Shown here piece by piece: positions 47,290 to 56,594 of a stretch of DNA of 64,000 nt. The position numbers were made by a program, and so were the translations under genes. Source of the stretch: Candidatus Saccharimonadia bacterium (GTDB taxonomy: Bacteria; Patescibacteriota; SICC01). The first letter of the stretch is position 1; each line of letters starts with the position of its first letter. A model generated the notes under the pieces. The model ran no database searches. It was not told the origin of the DNA and saw only the letters and a list, made by a program, of their open reading frames with translations. Location: positions 68,279 through 132,278 of the forward strand of contig JANWJF010000001.1 of the NCBI GenBank assembly GCA_025449535.1, in the 5' to 3' direction.

Positions 47290-48516
47290 CTACGGACCGA
47301 CCCGTCCGCCGCTGATCACGGCCTTGTCGAACCAGAGGTTCAACGGCAGGGTCTGTGATCCGGATCCGATCGCGACGATTCCGTAGCGGAGCCGGGTAGC
47401 CGTCGTGCCGTAGCTGTTCGGCGCGGTGGAGCTGCCGATCTTATTGCCGTTGAGGTACACCTCCGTAAGCGCACCGCTGCCGTTCGTCAGCTTCTGATGC
47501 ACTTCGATGTGGAACCACTGGCCTTCCGGCACGTCGAACGGTCCGACGAGCGTCGTGGCCGTACCGCCGGTCCGCTTCTGGAGCACGAGCCGAGCCTTCT
47601 TGTCGACGTTATAGATGACGAATCCCCCTTGGCTGTCGCCCGGGTAGTCATCCCAGCGCATCAGGTCCACCTGGTTCCGCATCGCGCTCTTGAACCCGGA
47701 CGGCAGATAGAAGGCACCGCTGTACCAGACGTCGGTACCGTTCGACCAGGTCGGCGTGAAGATTCCCCGGGTGTACCCGTTATTGCCGCTGCCGTTGTAC
47801 GTCGCCTTCGCGGAATAGCTTCCGCTGTACGTCCGATCGGTAGCGACGGTCAGCGTGCCCTCCAGGGCGTTGGTGCTGTTGAATTCATTGAAGTTTCCCG
47901 GTTCCAGGCCTGCGGACTTCAGGATGGTTCCCGAAGGGCTGCTGACCGGCGAAGGAACAGGCGTCGCGCTTGGCTTGACGCTTGGCTTTACCGAAGGCGA
48001 AGGAGACGGAGACGGCGTAGATTCGTCTGACAGTCGCAGATAATCGACCCGGAGGTCCCGGTTGCAGTAGCTGGTCTTCTTGTTGTTGGTGAAGCTGATC
48101 GTGTACGTATGCGCGCCGGCAGATATCGTCTTTGCAGCGCTGTATTCCTTCCAGGCGGTATTCGAAACGGCAGCATTGATGACGGTGCTGCCGTCGACCT
48201 TGACCACCATCTGGGGTGCTCCACTACACTGGTCGCCCTTTGCAGCCACGGTGACCCTGGTCACTTTGGGAGTGGTGATTTGATACTTCGCCGTGGCGGT
48301 GTTCCAGATATGCAGTCCCTTGCCAGCGGATGCCGTGCTGTCCGTATAGGGACTGCCGTCATTGCTACCGATGCTGAACGTTTCCGCTTCTATCTGCGTG
48401 GTCGAGGTAGCTGCGAACGTAGCAAGTGCCGCGACCACGCCAGTGGCGATGATCGAAGCGATCAGAAGCTTTTGCCAATTACGCTTGGCTGACGAAAGAA
48501 TTGCGGATGTAGGCAT
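47290..48516 (-). CDS. Secreted protein: carbohydrate-binding module, Pro/Ser linker, then ConA/LamG-like jelly-roll domain (possible polysaccharide lyase)
   Basis: Trimmed to MPTSAIL... with a signal-anchor. SPSPSPSVKPSVKPS linker. C-terminal jelly-roll segment WFHIEVHQKLTNG...RLRYGIVAIGS. Confidence 0.55.
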   Translation of the reverse strand: MPTSAILSSAKRNWQKLLIASIIATGVVAALATFAATSTTQIEAETFSIGSNDGSPYTDSTASAGKGLHIWNTATAKYQITTPKVTRVTVAAKGDQCSGAPQMVVKVDGSTVINAAVSNTAWKEYSAAKTISAGAHTYTISFTNNKKTSYCNRDLRVDYLRLSDESTPSPSPSPSVKPSVKPSATPVPSPVSSPSGTILKSAGLEPGNFNEFNSTNALEGTLTVATDRTYSGSYSAKATYNGSGNNGYTRGIFTPTWSNGTDVWYSGAFYLPSGFKSAMRNQVDLMRWDDYPGDSQGGFVIYNVDKKARLVLQKRTGGTATTLVGPFDVPEGQWFHIEVHQKLTNGSGALTEVYLNGNKIGSSTAPNSYGTTATRLRYGIVAIGSGSQTLPLNLWFDKAVISGGRVGP

Positions 48517-48694
48517 TGATGTTTGTTGGTTATGAGTGAAATTACGCCACAGTAGCACGAATTAGCAGACGTGTCAACCCCCCAGCAGGAATGGTATCGG
48601 TTTTTCGCCCTTGAAGAGCTTGGGATATAGCGAAGCCCCGGCGAGGCGCAGGAAAGGATCTCCTGGCTCGCCGGGGCGATGGAACGAGAGTGCA

Positions 48695-49018
48695 TCAAGG
48701 GTCGGGAGGTCCGACGCAGATGATTTCGAAAGCGTTGCCCTTGTTCAGGACCTTGTGCCGTGCCTTCTGGCCGTGTTGCCGCTTGCAGGCCTGCGTCAGG
48801 GAAATCGGACGGGTGGTCGAGTCGTTGTAACAGCGCCAGTCGTTGAACGTGTTGTGACCGACCACTTCGTCTCCCGGGACGATGGCTCCTTTGAAGCCCT
48901 CTTCGACGCAGTATTTGTGGAGGTCCAGTCCGCCAAGCGGCTGGGCCTGGCCCGCCATGGCCGGCGCGGCGACAAGCAGTGATGCCACCAGCGCCAAGAT
49001 CACTGGGATCTTTCGCAT
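48695..49018 (-). CDS. Small secreted cysteine-containing protein
   Basis: 107 aa. Clear signal peptide MRKIPVILALVASLLVAAPAMA. 4 Cys. An 11-bp hairpin GCCCCGGCGAG...CTCGCCGGGGC lies downstream at 48629-48671. Confidence 0.45.
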   Translation of the reverse strand: MRKIPVILALVASLLVAAPAMAGQAQPLGGLDLHKYCVEEGFKGAIVPGDEVVGHNTFNDWRCYNDSTTRPISLTQACKRQHGQKARHKVLNKGNAFEIICVGPPDP

Positions 49019-49228
49019 GATATTCTCCCCCAGGTTTACCCCATCGGGATGGTCTGGGAACCGTCGATTGCACCTCGATGTTAACTACACATGAACATAC
49101 TCATATGTGGCTAAAAAATAGCATAGTTAAGGTACTTTTGCAACAGAGACGCTCGGCGGGGCCGTGGGGCCCATCGGACATCCGTTCGTCCGCCTACCCC
49201 TGGCCAGGATGCGTTAGAATAGTCGGTT

Positions 49229-50350
49229 ATGCCTCAACGCTCCCATGCATCCCCGGACCACGCCCTGCTGGCCTCGGAATACCTTATGGACGAGACCGAC
49301 CTGCCGGAAGCCTGGGAGTTGGCGAAAGGCATCCTGGCAGGCAGCGCACATCCCGAGATCCTCAGCAAGGCTCACGAACTCCTGGCTCGGTGTACCGAAC
49401 TGGAGGACAATCCGGACGGCGCGCTGCCCCACTACCGGGCCGCCGAAGAGGTAGCGGCCGAAGGCCATTACTATGTCCAGGCGGCCCGGACGGCCTGCAC
49501 GCTGGCGATGCTCCACGCCGAACGGGAAGACTCCGCGGAAGCCGTGGACGCGTTCCTGCGCGGCCTGGAGTACTGGGAGCGGCTCGACCTGGACCACGAG
49601 CACCCCGGAATGCATGAAGTCCGCAAGAAGCTGGACAAAGCTTTCAAGACGGCCGTCAAGCGGAAGTTTACGTATCCGGACAAATGGAGCCGGGCAAAGC
49701 CCTACGTGGCCTTACGGCAAATGTGGCAGCAGAAGCGCGAGCGCGATCGCAAAGCCACGAAGGAATTCCGCATGGAACCGGATTTCGACCCAAGCCGGTC
49801 GCCGTTGGAACGACTGTGTGACTACCATGGACCCCACTGGAGTAGCGACCGGGAAGACCCAGAACAAATAGCCATGCTGATCGACTCGGTCCTCAGCTCG
49901 TCGTCAGATCCAACCCTTGAAGGATACGCATGGAGTGCGAAAATCTGGCTGCTCAAAGTCACGCATGCGGACACGGAGGAGCAACTCGAAGCGCTTCGTG
50001 CCGCGGAAGCGGCCTGGTCGGAGACCGAGTTCGCCGAGATGGCCCTCGAGAGCATCGCCGGACAGGTCGAACTGCACGCCGAGGCCGGTCAGCGTTCGGA
50101 GGCTCTGGACGCATTCGTGCGTGGCGTGGATTACTGGTCTAACCTCGAGCAAGTCCGGCCATGGCCACGCAACGAGGGCTACCGAGATAACAGCGGCAAG
50201 AGGTACCTGGAAGAGGCGTTCAAGGCGGTCTCGAATCGGGGCCTGCGGGAACGCACGCGGGACGCTCACCTCGAGCACTGTCGTCAGACCGGCCAGGACC
50301 CGGTGCCTCCCCTACCCGAAGCTTGGCAGGTCGAAGTCAATGAAGCGTAA
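49229..50350 (+). CDS. Hypothetical acidic protein with two internal repeat modules (helical, TPR-like?)
   Basis: 373 aa. Repeats are AEAVDAFLRGLEYWERLDL...KKLDKAFKTAV and SEALDAFVRGVDYWSNLEQ...KRYLEEAFKAVS. Confidence 0.45.
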   Translation: MPQRSHASPDHALLASEYLMDETDLPEAWELAKGILAGSAHPEILSKAHELLARCTELEDNPDGALPHYRAAEEVAAEGHYYVQAARTACTLAMLHAEREDSAEAVDAFLRGLEYWERLDLDHEHPGMHEVRKKLDKAFKTAVKRKFTYPDKWSRAKPYVALRQMWQQKRERDRKATKEFRMEPDFDPSRSPLERLCDYHGPHWSSDREDPEQIAMLIDSVLSSSSDPTLEGYAWSAKIWLLKVTHADTEEQLEALRAAEAAWSETEFAEMALESIAGQVELHAEAGQRSEALDAFVRGVDYWSNLEQVRPWPRNEGYRDNSGKRYLEEAFKAVSNRGLRERTRDAHLEHCRQTGQDPVPPLPEAWQVEVNEA

Positions 50351-50359
50351 GACGGATCG

Positions 50360-50923
50360 TCAGAACTTCCGAAGCTCCGACCGCAGGGACTCGTAGGTCG
50401 GCAGCGCTTCCCGGACCAAGGCCCAGAACCGCGGCGAGTGATTGAGTTCCCGCAGGTGGCACAACTCATGCACGACCACGTAATCGACGAGCCGTTCCGG
50501 CAGGAACAGGAGCTTGTAATTGAAGCTAAGGTTGCCGTTCCGCGAGCAACTGCCCCACCGCGAGACGACCCGGCGCACGAAGAGCCGCCGGTACGTATAA
50601 CCGAGCTCCCTGCTCCAATGATCCGTGCGGGAGGTAAGCAAGGCGCGGGCATCCTCCCGGTGTGCCAGGTAGTGATCGCGCGACCGCTCCAGCAACGCCG
50701 GTGGCCGCTGCCGTTGCCGGGCGCGGGTGCTGGCGATCCAGTCCCGCTTGGCCTCCACGAAACGACGGACCGTCCAGAGCGGGACCCGCCGCGGCTTGGT
50801 CACCACGACCTCGCCGCCCGACCGGACGGTGATCCGAACCTGCTTGGCCCGCGGATGGGTCCGCAGCCGGTAGTTCGTGTCCTCGTCCAGGACGATCAGT
50901 TTTTCTTTCGTCGTGCCTCTCAT
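50360..50923 (-). CDS. M48-family zinc metallopeptidase (YgjP/DUF45-like)
   Basis: HELCHLRELNHSPRFW is an HExxH motif with a downstream helix. Trimmed to MRGTTKEK... Confidence 0.75.
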   Translation of the reverse strand: MRGTTKEKLIVLDEDTNYRLRTHPRAKQVRITVRSGGEVVVTKPRRVPLWTVRRFVEAKRDWIASTRARQRQRPPALLERSRDHYLAHREDARALLTSRTDHWSRELGYTYRRLFVRRVVSRWGSCSRNGNLSFNYKLLFLPERLVDYVVVHELCHLRELNHSPRFWALVREALPTYESLRSELRKF

Positions 50924-50977
50924 GGCTCCCCTTAGCGGATACCCTTCGAACAAAATGTTATCACGATATCCTTATGC

Positions 50978-51259
50978 TCAATAACGGAAATACAGGGTTG
51001 ATCCGATAGTTATCAATGTCATTGCTGCCGCTAGGCCATTACTTCCCATAATGAATTTGTCTCGCGTGAAATATCCATGAGTCGAAAATCCTGCTTGGAC
51101 GAAAAATAAGATTGAAAGAAACGGTAAAGAAAGTCCAGCCGTCTCATGTGTTTGCCAGATCTGAAATAACTGAGGAGCGGTCATTAAGGGATTGACGACA
51201 CTGATAATCCAGATAATTCTGGTCCAATGTATTTTTTCTGCAATCCTTTCTCGATTCAT
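50978..51259 (-). CDS. SemiSWEET/PQ-loop family small sugar transporter
   Basis: ~93 aa with 3 TM helices. MTAPQLFQIWQT carries the PQ motif. Sits in an AT-rich (~42% GC) patch. Confidence 0.6.
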   Translation of the reverse strand: MNRERIAEKIHWTRIIWIISVVNPLMTAPQLFQIWQTHETAGLSLPFLSILFFVQAGFSTHGYFTRDKFIMGSNGLAAAMTLITIGSTLYFRY

Positions 51260-51292
51260 ATAGTTCGATTTTACTGCAGTTCGGTTCCCTGT

Positions 51293-51319
51293 TGCTCGGA
51301 GACAGGGAATCGAACCCTG
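51293..51319 (-). pseudogene. tRNA 3' fragment (T-arm plus acceptor 3' strand), similar to the 3' end of the downstream tRNA-Gln
   Basis: Minus strand reads CAGGG-TTCGATT-CCCTG-TCTCCGAG, 24 of 28 identical to the tRNA-Gln 3' end. No matching 5' half, D arm or anticodon arm can be paired. Confidence 0.4.
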
Positions 51320-51348
51320 GGAAGACCGTGCGGCTGCCAATTGCTAGA

Positions 51349-52425
51349 CTAGGCCTTGGCGCGCGCTTTGCGCAGTGACCGCTGCGGCGGATGCTTATAG
51401 TCCCACCATTCCTTTATCACTATCTGGACCGCGGCTGCCAGCGGAATCGCCAGCAATGCCCCGATTATCCCGAATAACTGGCTGCCGAAGAGCACGGCGA
51501 CAATGACCACCAGCGAATTGATACCAACCGAGCGTCGCTGGATCTGCGGCTGGATCAGGTTGTTTTCAAGCTGTTGGTACGCGATCATCCAGATCGCCCA
51601 AATAATCGTAACGGTGGGAAAATCCACGAATAGACTGACCAGGCCGACCGCCACGCCGGCAATCAGTGAACCGATCATCGGAATCAAATCGAGCAATGCC
51701 ACCGTCACCGCCAGCGGCGCCGCAAATGGGATATCAAGCAGCCGCATGACGATGTAGGCAGTGAGGCCGGCGAAGATAGAAATCGCCGCATTGCCTGCTA
51801 GGTAGTTTCCAATCGCCCGGTTGCTTTGCGTCACTACCTTACGAATGCGCGCTTGATGCGCTTTCGGCTGTTGCCTAATCAGCCAATCAACCCAGTGGGC
51901 TCCTCGCATGAGCATCAGGAAGGCCATTACCAGAATCGTACAGATGGCGGCCAGCGAACTGACCAGACTGCTGCCAAAGCTAGACAGCGCGCCGGCCGCG
52001 CTCCCGATCGCCTCAGGAAGCCGATCGGCACGTTCCTGTATTTTTTCACTGATCTGGTACTTTTCCTCAAGCCCGCTTAGCTGAGGACTCTCGGTGACAT
52101 ACTCCTGCAAATCACTGGCATACTCGGGCGCGTGATCGACTAAGCTCACTGCCCCATCGACCACCGGCGGTAAGATGATCGCCGCGATCGCGACTGGGAT
52201 CAATAGCAGGGCTAAAAACACCAGCGCAATGGCAAATAGTCGCTTCATGAAGCGATTCAAATAATTGACCGGACCGGAGAGTGACGCGGCGACAAAGGCC
52301 GCCAGGAAAACCCAGGCCAGCGGTTCCCGAAGCAGCCAGGCCAAAACGAGGGCAAACGCGGATAGGATCACGATCACAACGATGCGTACAATGGTCCGGG
52401 TTTCTAGATTTTGCGAAGTTGCCAT
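51349..52425 (-). CDS. AI-2E family transporter (PerM/YhhT, UPF0118)
   Basis: 8-TM protein with AI-2E-type conserved segments. Trimmed to MATSQNLE... GC ~55%. Confidence 0.8.
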   Translation of the reverse strand: MATSQNLETRTIVRIVVIVILSAFALVLAWLLREPLAWVFLAAFVAASLSGPVNYLNRFMKRLFAIALVFLALLLIPVAIAAIILPPVVDGAVSLVDHAPEYASDLQEYVTESPQLSGLEEKYQISEKIQERADRLPEAIGSAAGALSSFGSSLVSSLAAICTILVMAFLMLMRGAHWVDWLIRQQPKAHQARIRKVVTQSNRAIGNYLAGNAAISIFAGLTAYIVMRLLDIPFAAPLAVTVALLDLIPMIGSLIAGVAVGLVSLFVDFPTVTIIWAIWMIAYQQLENNLIQPQIQRRSVGINSLVVIVAVLFGSQLFGIIGALLAIPLAAAVQIVIKEWWDYKHPPQRSLRKARAKA

Positions 52426-52477
52426 GGCAGGCTCAAGGTACTCCGATTGAGTACAAGAAATCAAACAACCACGGACG

Positions 52478-54511
52478 TTATTTAGACTGACGGTGCCCGG
52501 CTTGCTTAAGCCAGTCGATGAAGACCCTATGGACGTTTACACTATCGACCAGTTCCCCATCGGTCAGATGACGCTTGGAAATTTTCAGCTGCTCAGGGTG
52601 CAGAAGGAGGGCGTCGGTCTGCCAACCGCCGATCCCGCCATGGCTTCCGACCAGTTCCTCGAACGCGTGCACTTCTCCGGTGGATTCGTCGTAGCTCGAA
52701 ATGACCTGGAGGTCGGGCGCGTTCTTCATTGTAGCCAGCTTCAGTAATTGCGCGGCGGTTACCTTGGCATACGGGGTGAGCGGATTGGCGCCGACTATTT
52801 TCCCGCTGCGAAGGCTGATTTCCCCATCAGCTCCGATGCAGACCGGTCCGCCGGCGCCGGAATCCACCAGGACGAGGCCGATGCCTTTGGTAGCCAACAG
52901 TGCGTCAATCAGTCTTGGATAGTCCTGGTCGATATCCTTCCGAGTCGGTCTTTCCTGGTAGCTCCGAATCCAGATATTGCCCAGATTCCCGGACCCGGTG
53001 ACGACCACTTCCGACTCGGCCGTGTCCACCTGCTTACCCTTCTCGTATTTACGCGCGGCGGCGGCCAAAGTATCGGACTTTACCCCCTGGCCGGCCGAAC
53101 CCTCCGCCAGCAAGGCCCGGGGCGTTCGCTCCATCTCGACCGGATCGGTCAGACCGAGCACCCGGTTAGTGCGCAGCAGCTCGCCAACCACTTGATCGAG
53201 TCCCTTCCCGGTGAGCTGTTTGAAAGTTTCGCCCTGGCTTTGGCCATGATCGGAAACGAAAACCACATGATACGGACGCGGGGCATGCCGGGCTGCCTCG
53301 GTCAACACGCCGATCACCCGATCGAGACCAGTCACGGCGGCCAGCGATTCAGGCCTGGCGATACCGGCGTGATGGGCGATTTCGTCATAGTCGAGATAGT
53401 CCACGTAAATCGAGTTGACCCCTTGCATCATCTGGTCGAGCACTATGGTGGTCTGCAGATCCCTCAGGATCACGTTAGTCGCTGCGCGCAGCACGACGTA
53501 ACTGCCGTGTCGATCGATCCGGGGACGGATGCCGCGCAAGCGCTGACGCCGGCCTTGATAGAGTTCCTTCAGCATCTCCCCGATCGCGAGGACGAAGACC
53601 CGCATAAACCCGTACAAGTTCGAGAAATAGGCAGAATACTCGTGCATTGCCTTCAGCGACTGTCGGTCCCCTTCCAGTCGGCTCAGCACCATGATGTTCG
53701 AGGGCGCATCCCCGGAGAAAATATTCCCGACACTCACGCCGCCGTCTACCAGTAACCCCTTTCCGTTGGATAGCCGCGACTCGATCAGACTGGCGTCGGC
53801 CGGCTGATTAGCGACGACCAGCCGTTCCGAGGCACGTTCGTACCAGCGGAATGCCGGGATGCCATCATTCGAGCCAAGCAGGATACCGGCCTGGGAGGCC
53901 GGCGTGGTTGACGGTATCTGCGTCCGCCATTTCTTTACTACATAGCCTTCCTGTTCCAATAGCCGTTTCACATTCGGTAGATTCCCGGCCTTGATTTGCC
54001 AATCCAACAGCTGCCAGGGGATTCCATCGAGCTGGACGAAGAGGAAGCCGGGTACGGTGGTTTTCCGCTTCGGTTTCTTCCTCGCTGCTTTGATAGCGGT
54101 GTGCAAGAAATAGCGGTCGGATCGAGCCAGGAAGACCCACTGCAGGCTGGTCATCAGCGCCGCGTAGATCCAGGCAATTACCACGGTTGTGCCAAAGCTG
54201 ATTTGTTCAAGGCCCGGGACTAATTCGAACGCGCCCCAGAGTACCAACGCGTAGGCGAACAGACTGAGAAAGAGGATTCCAAAAATGCCGAAAAGCTTGG
54301 CGATGAGCGAAAACAGCGGCTGGGCCACCGTCTGCAAAACTTGCACGATCAGCACGACCAATACGATCTTGCCCAAACCAACGCTACCCGAGTCGATACA
54401 AAGCTCAAGCAGGATCGTCAGGGCGACTGCCGCCACGATGGTTTGGACTATCTGCTCCAGAATCCCAGGAGTGGCGTAGCCGATTCGATCTTTAGCGGTG
54501 GATGCATTCAT
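52478..54511 (-). CDS. Membrane-anchored alkaline-phosphatase-family protein (type I phosphodiesterase/nucleotide-pyrophosphatase-like)
   Basis: N-terminal TM helices followed by a metal-ligand-rich domain (FVQLDGIP, YHVVFVSDHGQS). Start set to ATG at 54511; the track starts at GTG 54529. Confidence 0.7.
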   Translation of the reverse strand: MNASTAKDRIGYATPGILEQIVQTIVAAVALTILLELCIDSGSVGLGKIVLVVLIVQVLQTVAQPLFSLIAKLFGIFGILFLSLFAYALVLWGAFELVPGLEQISFGTTVVIAWIYAALMTSLQWVFLARSDRYFLHTAIKAARKKPKRKTTVPGFLFVQLDGIPWQLLDWQIKAGNLPNVKRLLEQEGYVVKKWRTQIPSTTPASQAGILLGSNDGIPAFRWYERASERLVVANQPADASLIESRLSNGKGLLVDGGVSVGNIFSGDAPSNIMVLSRLEGDRQSLKAMHEYSAYFSNLYGFMRVFVLAIGEMLKELYQGRRQRLRGIRPRIDRHGSYVVLRAATNVILRDLQTTIVLDQMMQGVNSIYVDYLDYDEIAHHAGIARPESLAAVTGLDRVIGVLTEAARHAPRPYHVVFVSDHGQSQGETFKQLTGKGLDQVVGELLRTNRVLGLTDPVEMERTPRALLAEGSAGQGVKSDTLAAAARKYEKGKQVDTAESEVVVTGSGNLGNIWIRSYQERPTRKDIDQDYPRLIDALLATKGIGLVLVDSGAGGPVCIGADGEISLRSGKIVGANPLTPYAKVTAAQLLKLATMKNAPDLQVISSYDESTGEVHAFEELVGSHGGIGGWQTDALLLHPEQLKISKRHLTDGELVDSVNVHRVFIDWLKQAGHRQSK

Positions 54512-54544
54512 GGTGAGGCGCAGAATCACTCAGACATAGTTAAT

Positions 54545-54618
54545 TGGCTCGGGGGCAGGGAATCGAACCCCGATTTCCAGGACCAAAACCTGGCGTCCTA
54601 CCGTTAGACGACCCCCGA
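54545..54618 (-). tRNA. tRNA-Gln (anticodon TTG)
   Basis: TCGGGGG/CCCCCGA acceptor stem. Anticodon arm CCAGG-TTTTGGT-CCTGG. T-loop GGTTCGATTCC. 3' CCA is encoded. Confidence 0.85.
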
Positions 54619-54704
54619 ATAACGGCTGTCCTCAGTCTAGCAAGACCGGAGGCACGAATGCTCCTTGGCGGGAGCATTCGGTACTTTCGACGATGTCAGC
54701 CGGC

Positions 54705-55094
54705 TTAGCTGCGCCGACCGTGGATCGCCAGCGAGTGGATGATCAACACGTCGATCACGATGATGATGATCGACCAGATCGGGTACGCCGGCAGGAACAG
54801 CATGTTCGCGGCGGCGCTCAGCGTCGCCAGGGTGATGCCGATCACGCGGCCGAACAGGTGCCCGCTGAACAGCGACCACGCCGCGCAGAGCAGCAGGATG
54901 CCGACCGCCAGGTGGACCCAGCCCCAGGTGGTCACGTCCAGGACCAGGAGCTGCTGCTGGCCGAACGTGTAGAATTCCTCCTTCGAGATCGCGGTCAGGC
55001 CCGCGACGGCCTGCAGGAAGCCCGCCAGGAGCATGATTACTCCCGCGAACGTCCCCCAACCGGTGATGTAGTGCTCTTTCGTTTGGTCTGCCAT
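54705..55094 (-). CDS. Membrane protein (4 TM helices), function unknown
   Basis: 129 aa hydrophobic protein. The overlapping plus-strand 359-aa ORF is Arg/Asp/Gln-rich antisense junk. Confidence 0.5.
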   Translation of the reverse strand: MADQTKEHYITGWGTFAGVIMLLAGFLQAVAGLTAISKEEFYTFGQQQLLVLDVTTWGWVHLAVGILLLCAAWSLFSGHLFGRVIGITLATLSAAANMLFLPAYPIWSIIIIVIDVLIIHSLAIHGRRS

Positions 55095-55118
55095 GATAAT
55101 TCCTTTCCTTATGCTAAA

Positions 55119-55679
55119 TTATGCCAATTCCTTACGTGCGCCGAGCGCCATCGCCACCCCTACCGCGCCGGCCAAGATGCCGTACACGCCGAGGACCCAG
55201 ACGAAAGTGACGCCGCCGGACACCGGATGCGCCAGGACGATCCCGCCGGCCAGGACGGCCAGGACGCCGATGGCGGCCGTCAGGAACTTCACGCCGCCGG
55301 AGTAGTGGAACTCGAACGCGGCCACGATCTCCAGGATGCCCCGGACGATCAGGCCGATGCCGATCAACGCGATCAGCACGGCCAGTGCGTCGACGCCGTG
55401 CCGGATCAGGTAGACGCCCAGGCCGACTTCCAGCACGCCGAGCAGGGTGGTCAGGAACCAGAGGTTACGCTTCCCTGCCCCACGGACGCCGGAGATCAGG
55501 TCGACCACGCCGCTGACCAACAGCAGCAGGGCGAACGCCACGGCCACCAGGGCCAGGGTCAGACCCGGCCAGACGGCCGCGAAGATACCGAAGAACACCA
55601 ATACGAGACTCCGGACGATCCAAAGCCACCACAAATCGTTGAGGTCTGCTTTTTGTTGTGTGGTAAGCGCGGTCGCCAT
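55119..55679 (-). CDS. HdeD/DUF308-family membrane protein
   Basis: 186 aa. Repeated Gly-rich TM helices (WWLWIVRSLVLVFFGIFA, GVLEVGLGVYLI...) typical of the acid-resistance HdeD family. Confidence 0.65.
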   Translation of the reverse strand: MATALTTQQKADLNDLWWLWIVRSLVLVFFGIFAAVWPGLTLALVAVAFALLLLVSGVVDLISGVRGAGKRNLWFLTTLLGVLEVGLGVYLIRHGVDALAVLIALIGIGLIVRGILEIVAAFEFHYSGGVKFLTAAIGVLAVLAGGIVLAHPVSGGVTFVWVLGVYGILAGAVGVAMALGARKELA

Positions 55680-55810
55680 GGGTTCCTCCTATTGAGTAAT
55701 GCTCGTCTGATTATACTCCTGGCATGCAAGCTTTTGTGGAAAAGTCCTAGGAATTTGATAAAAAATCGCTAGGATATCAGAAAAATTTTTAGATTTTTTG
55801 CTAACGACAC

Positions 55811-56584
55811 TTAATAACCGACCAGCACGTCACGGCGGATCCGACGGCGCGTGATTCCCATCCGGCGCAACAGACCGTAGTAGTGTCCGACCAGGCCGGG
55901 CGATCCCGTGATATAGAACAGCGGATCGCGATCGAACTGCGGCGCGGCCTTGAGGTCGTCCGCGCTGACCCGACGCGGCGAGACGACGTAATCTATCCCG
56001 AACCCCTCATGGCGCTTGGCGACGGCATCGAGCTCCGGCTTGAAGACGAAGTCCGGCGTCGAGTTCGCGTAGAACAACGTGGCGTCAATCGACAGCCGGC
56101 GATGGTCGAGGTCCAGCAGGATCGAATGAATCGGCGTGCTGCCGACGCCGCCGGCGATGAACACGTAGGGCCGCCCCGGGTCCCGCACCGTGAAGATACC
56201 GAACGGACCGCGCACGGAGACCGGGTCGCCCGGCCCCAGCGCCAGCAGGGCCTGCTTGAAGGAGCTCCGCGGCTCCGCCGTCCGGGTCGTGACCTGCACC
56301 TGCCGCTCGTGCGGCGGCGAGGCGATCGTGAAGAAGCGCCGGGTGCCTTTCTTGTCCGGCCGCTCGTGTGGCAGCGTATAAAGCAGGTGCTGGCCGGCCT
56401 GCCACGCCAACGGCCGCTCCGGCTCGAACCGGAAGGTCGTCGTGCCCTTTCCCTCTTCCTGGCGCTCGGCCAGGCGCAACGTATGCGTGCGCAGCCCGCC
56501 CACGGATTGGGCCACGATTTCCGGGAACCGGCTCGGCACCAGCAGCGGCCCGACCAGACGCGGAAGGTTACCGAGGAAGTACAT
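55811..56584 (-). CDS. Ferredoxin-NADP-reductase-like FAD/NAD(P)-binding oxidoreductase
   Basis: RFFTIAS is the RxYS FAD motif. GPFG. FIAGGVGSTP is the NAD(P) GGxGxxP motif. Confidence 0.7.
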   Translation of the reverse strand: MYFLGNLPRLVGPLLVPSRFPEIVAQSVGGLRTHTLRLAERQEEGKGTTTFRFEPERPLAWQAGQHLLYTLPHERPDKKGTRRFFTIASPPHERQVQVTTRTAEPRSSFKQALLALGPGDPVSVRGPFGIFTVRDPGRPYVFIAGGVGSTPIHSILLDLDHRRLSIDATLFYANSTPDFVFKPELDAVAKRHEGFGIDYVVSPRRVSADDLKAAPQFDRDPLFYITGSPGLVGHYYGLLRRMGITRRRIRRDVLVGY

Positions 56585-56594
56585 CGGCCCTATC

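Noticed and set aside
51281-51360. Possible complete tRNA gene at the SemiSWEET / AI-2E junction
   Set aside because: Only the T-arm and 3' acceptor strand are recognisable. No complementary 5' acceptor strand, D arm or anticodon arm could be paired. Treated as a tRNA 3' fragment (att-like repeat).
54693-55772. 359-aa plus-strand ORF across the HdeD-like and membrane-protein genes
   Set aside because: Gln/Arg/Asp-rich low-complexity antisense translation. Both minus-strand ORFs encode coherent TM proteins.
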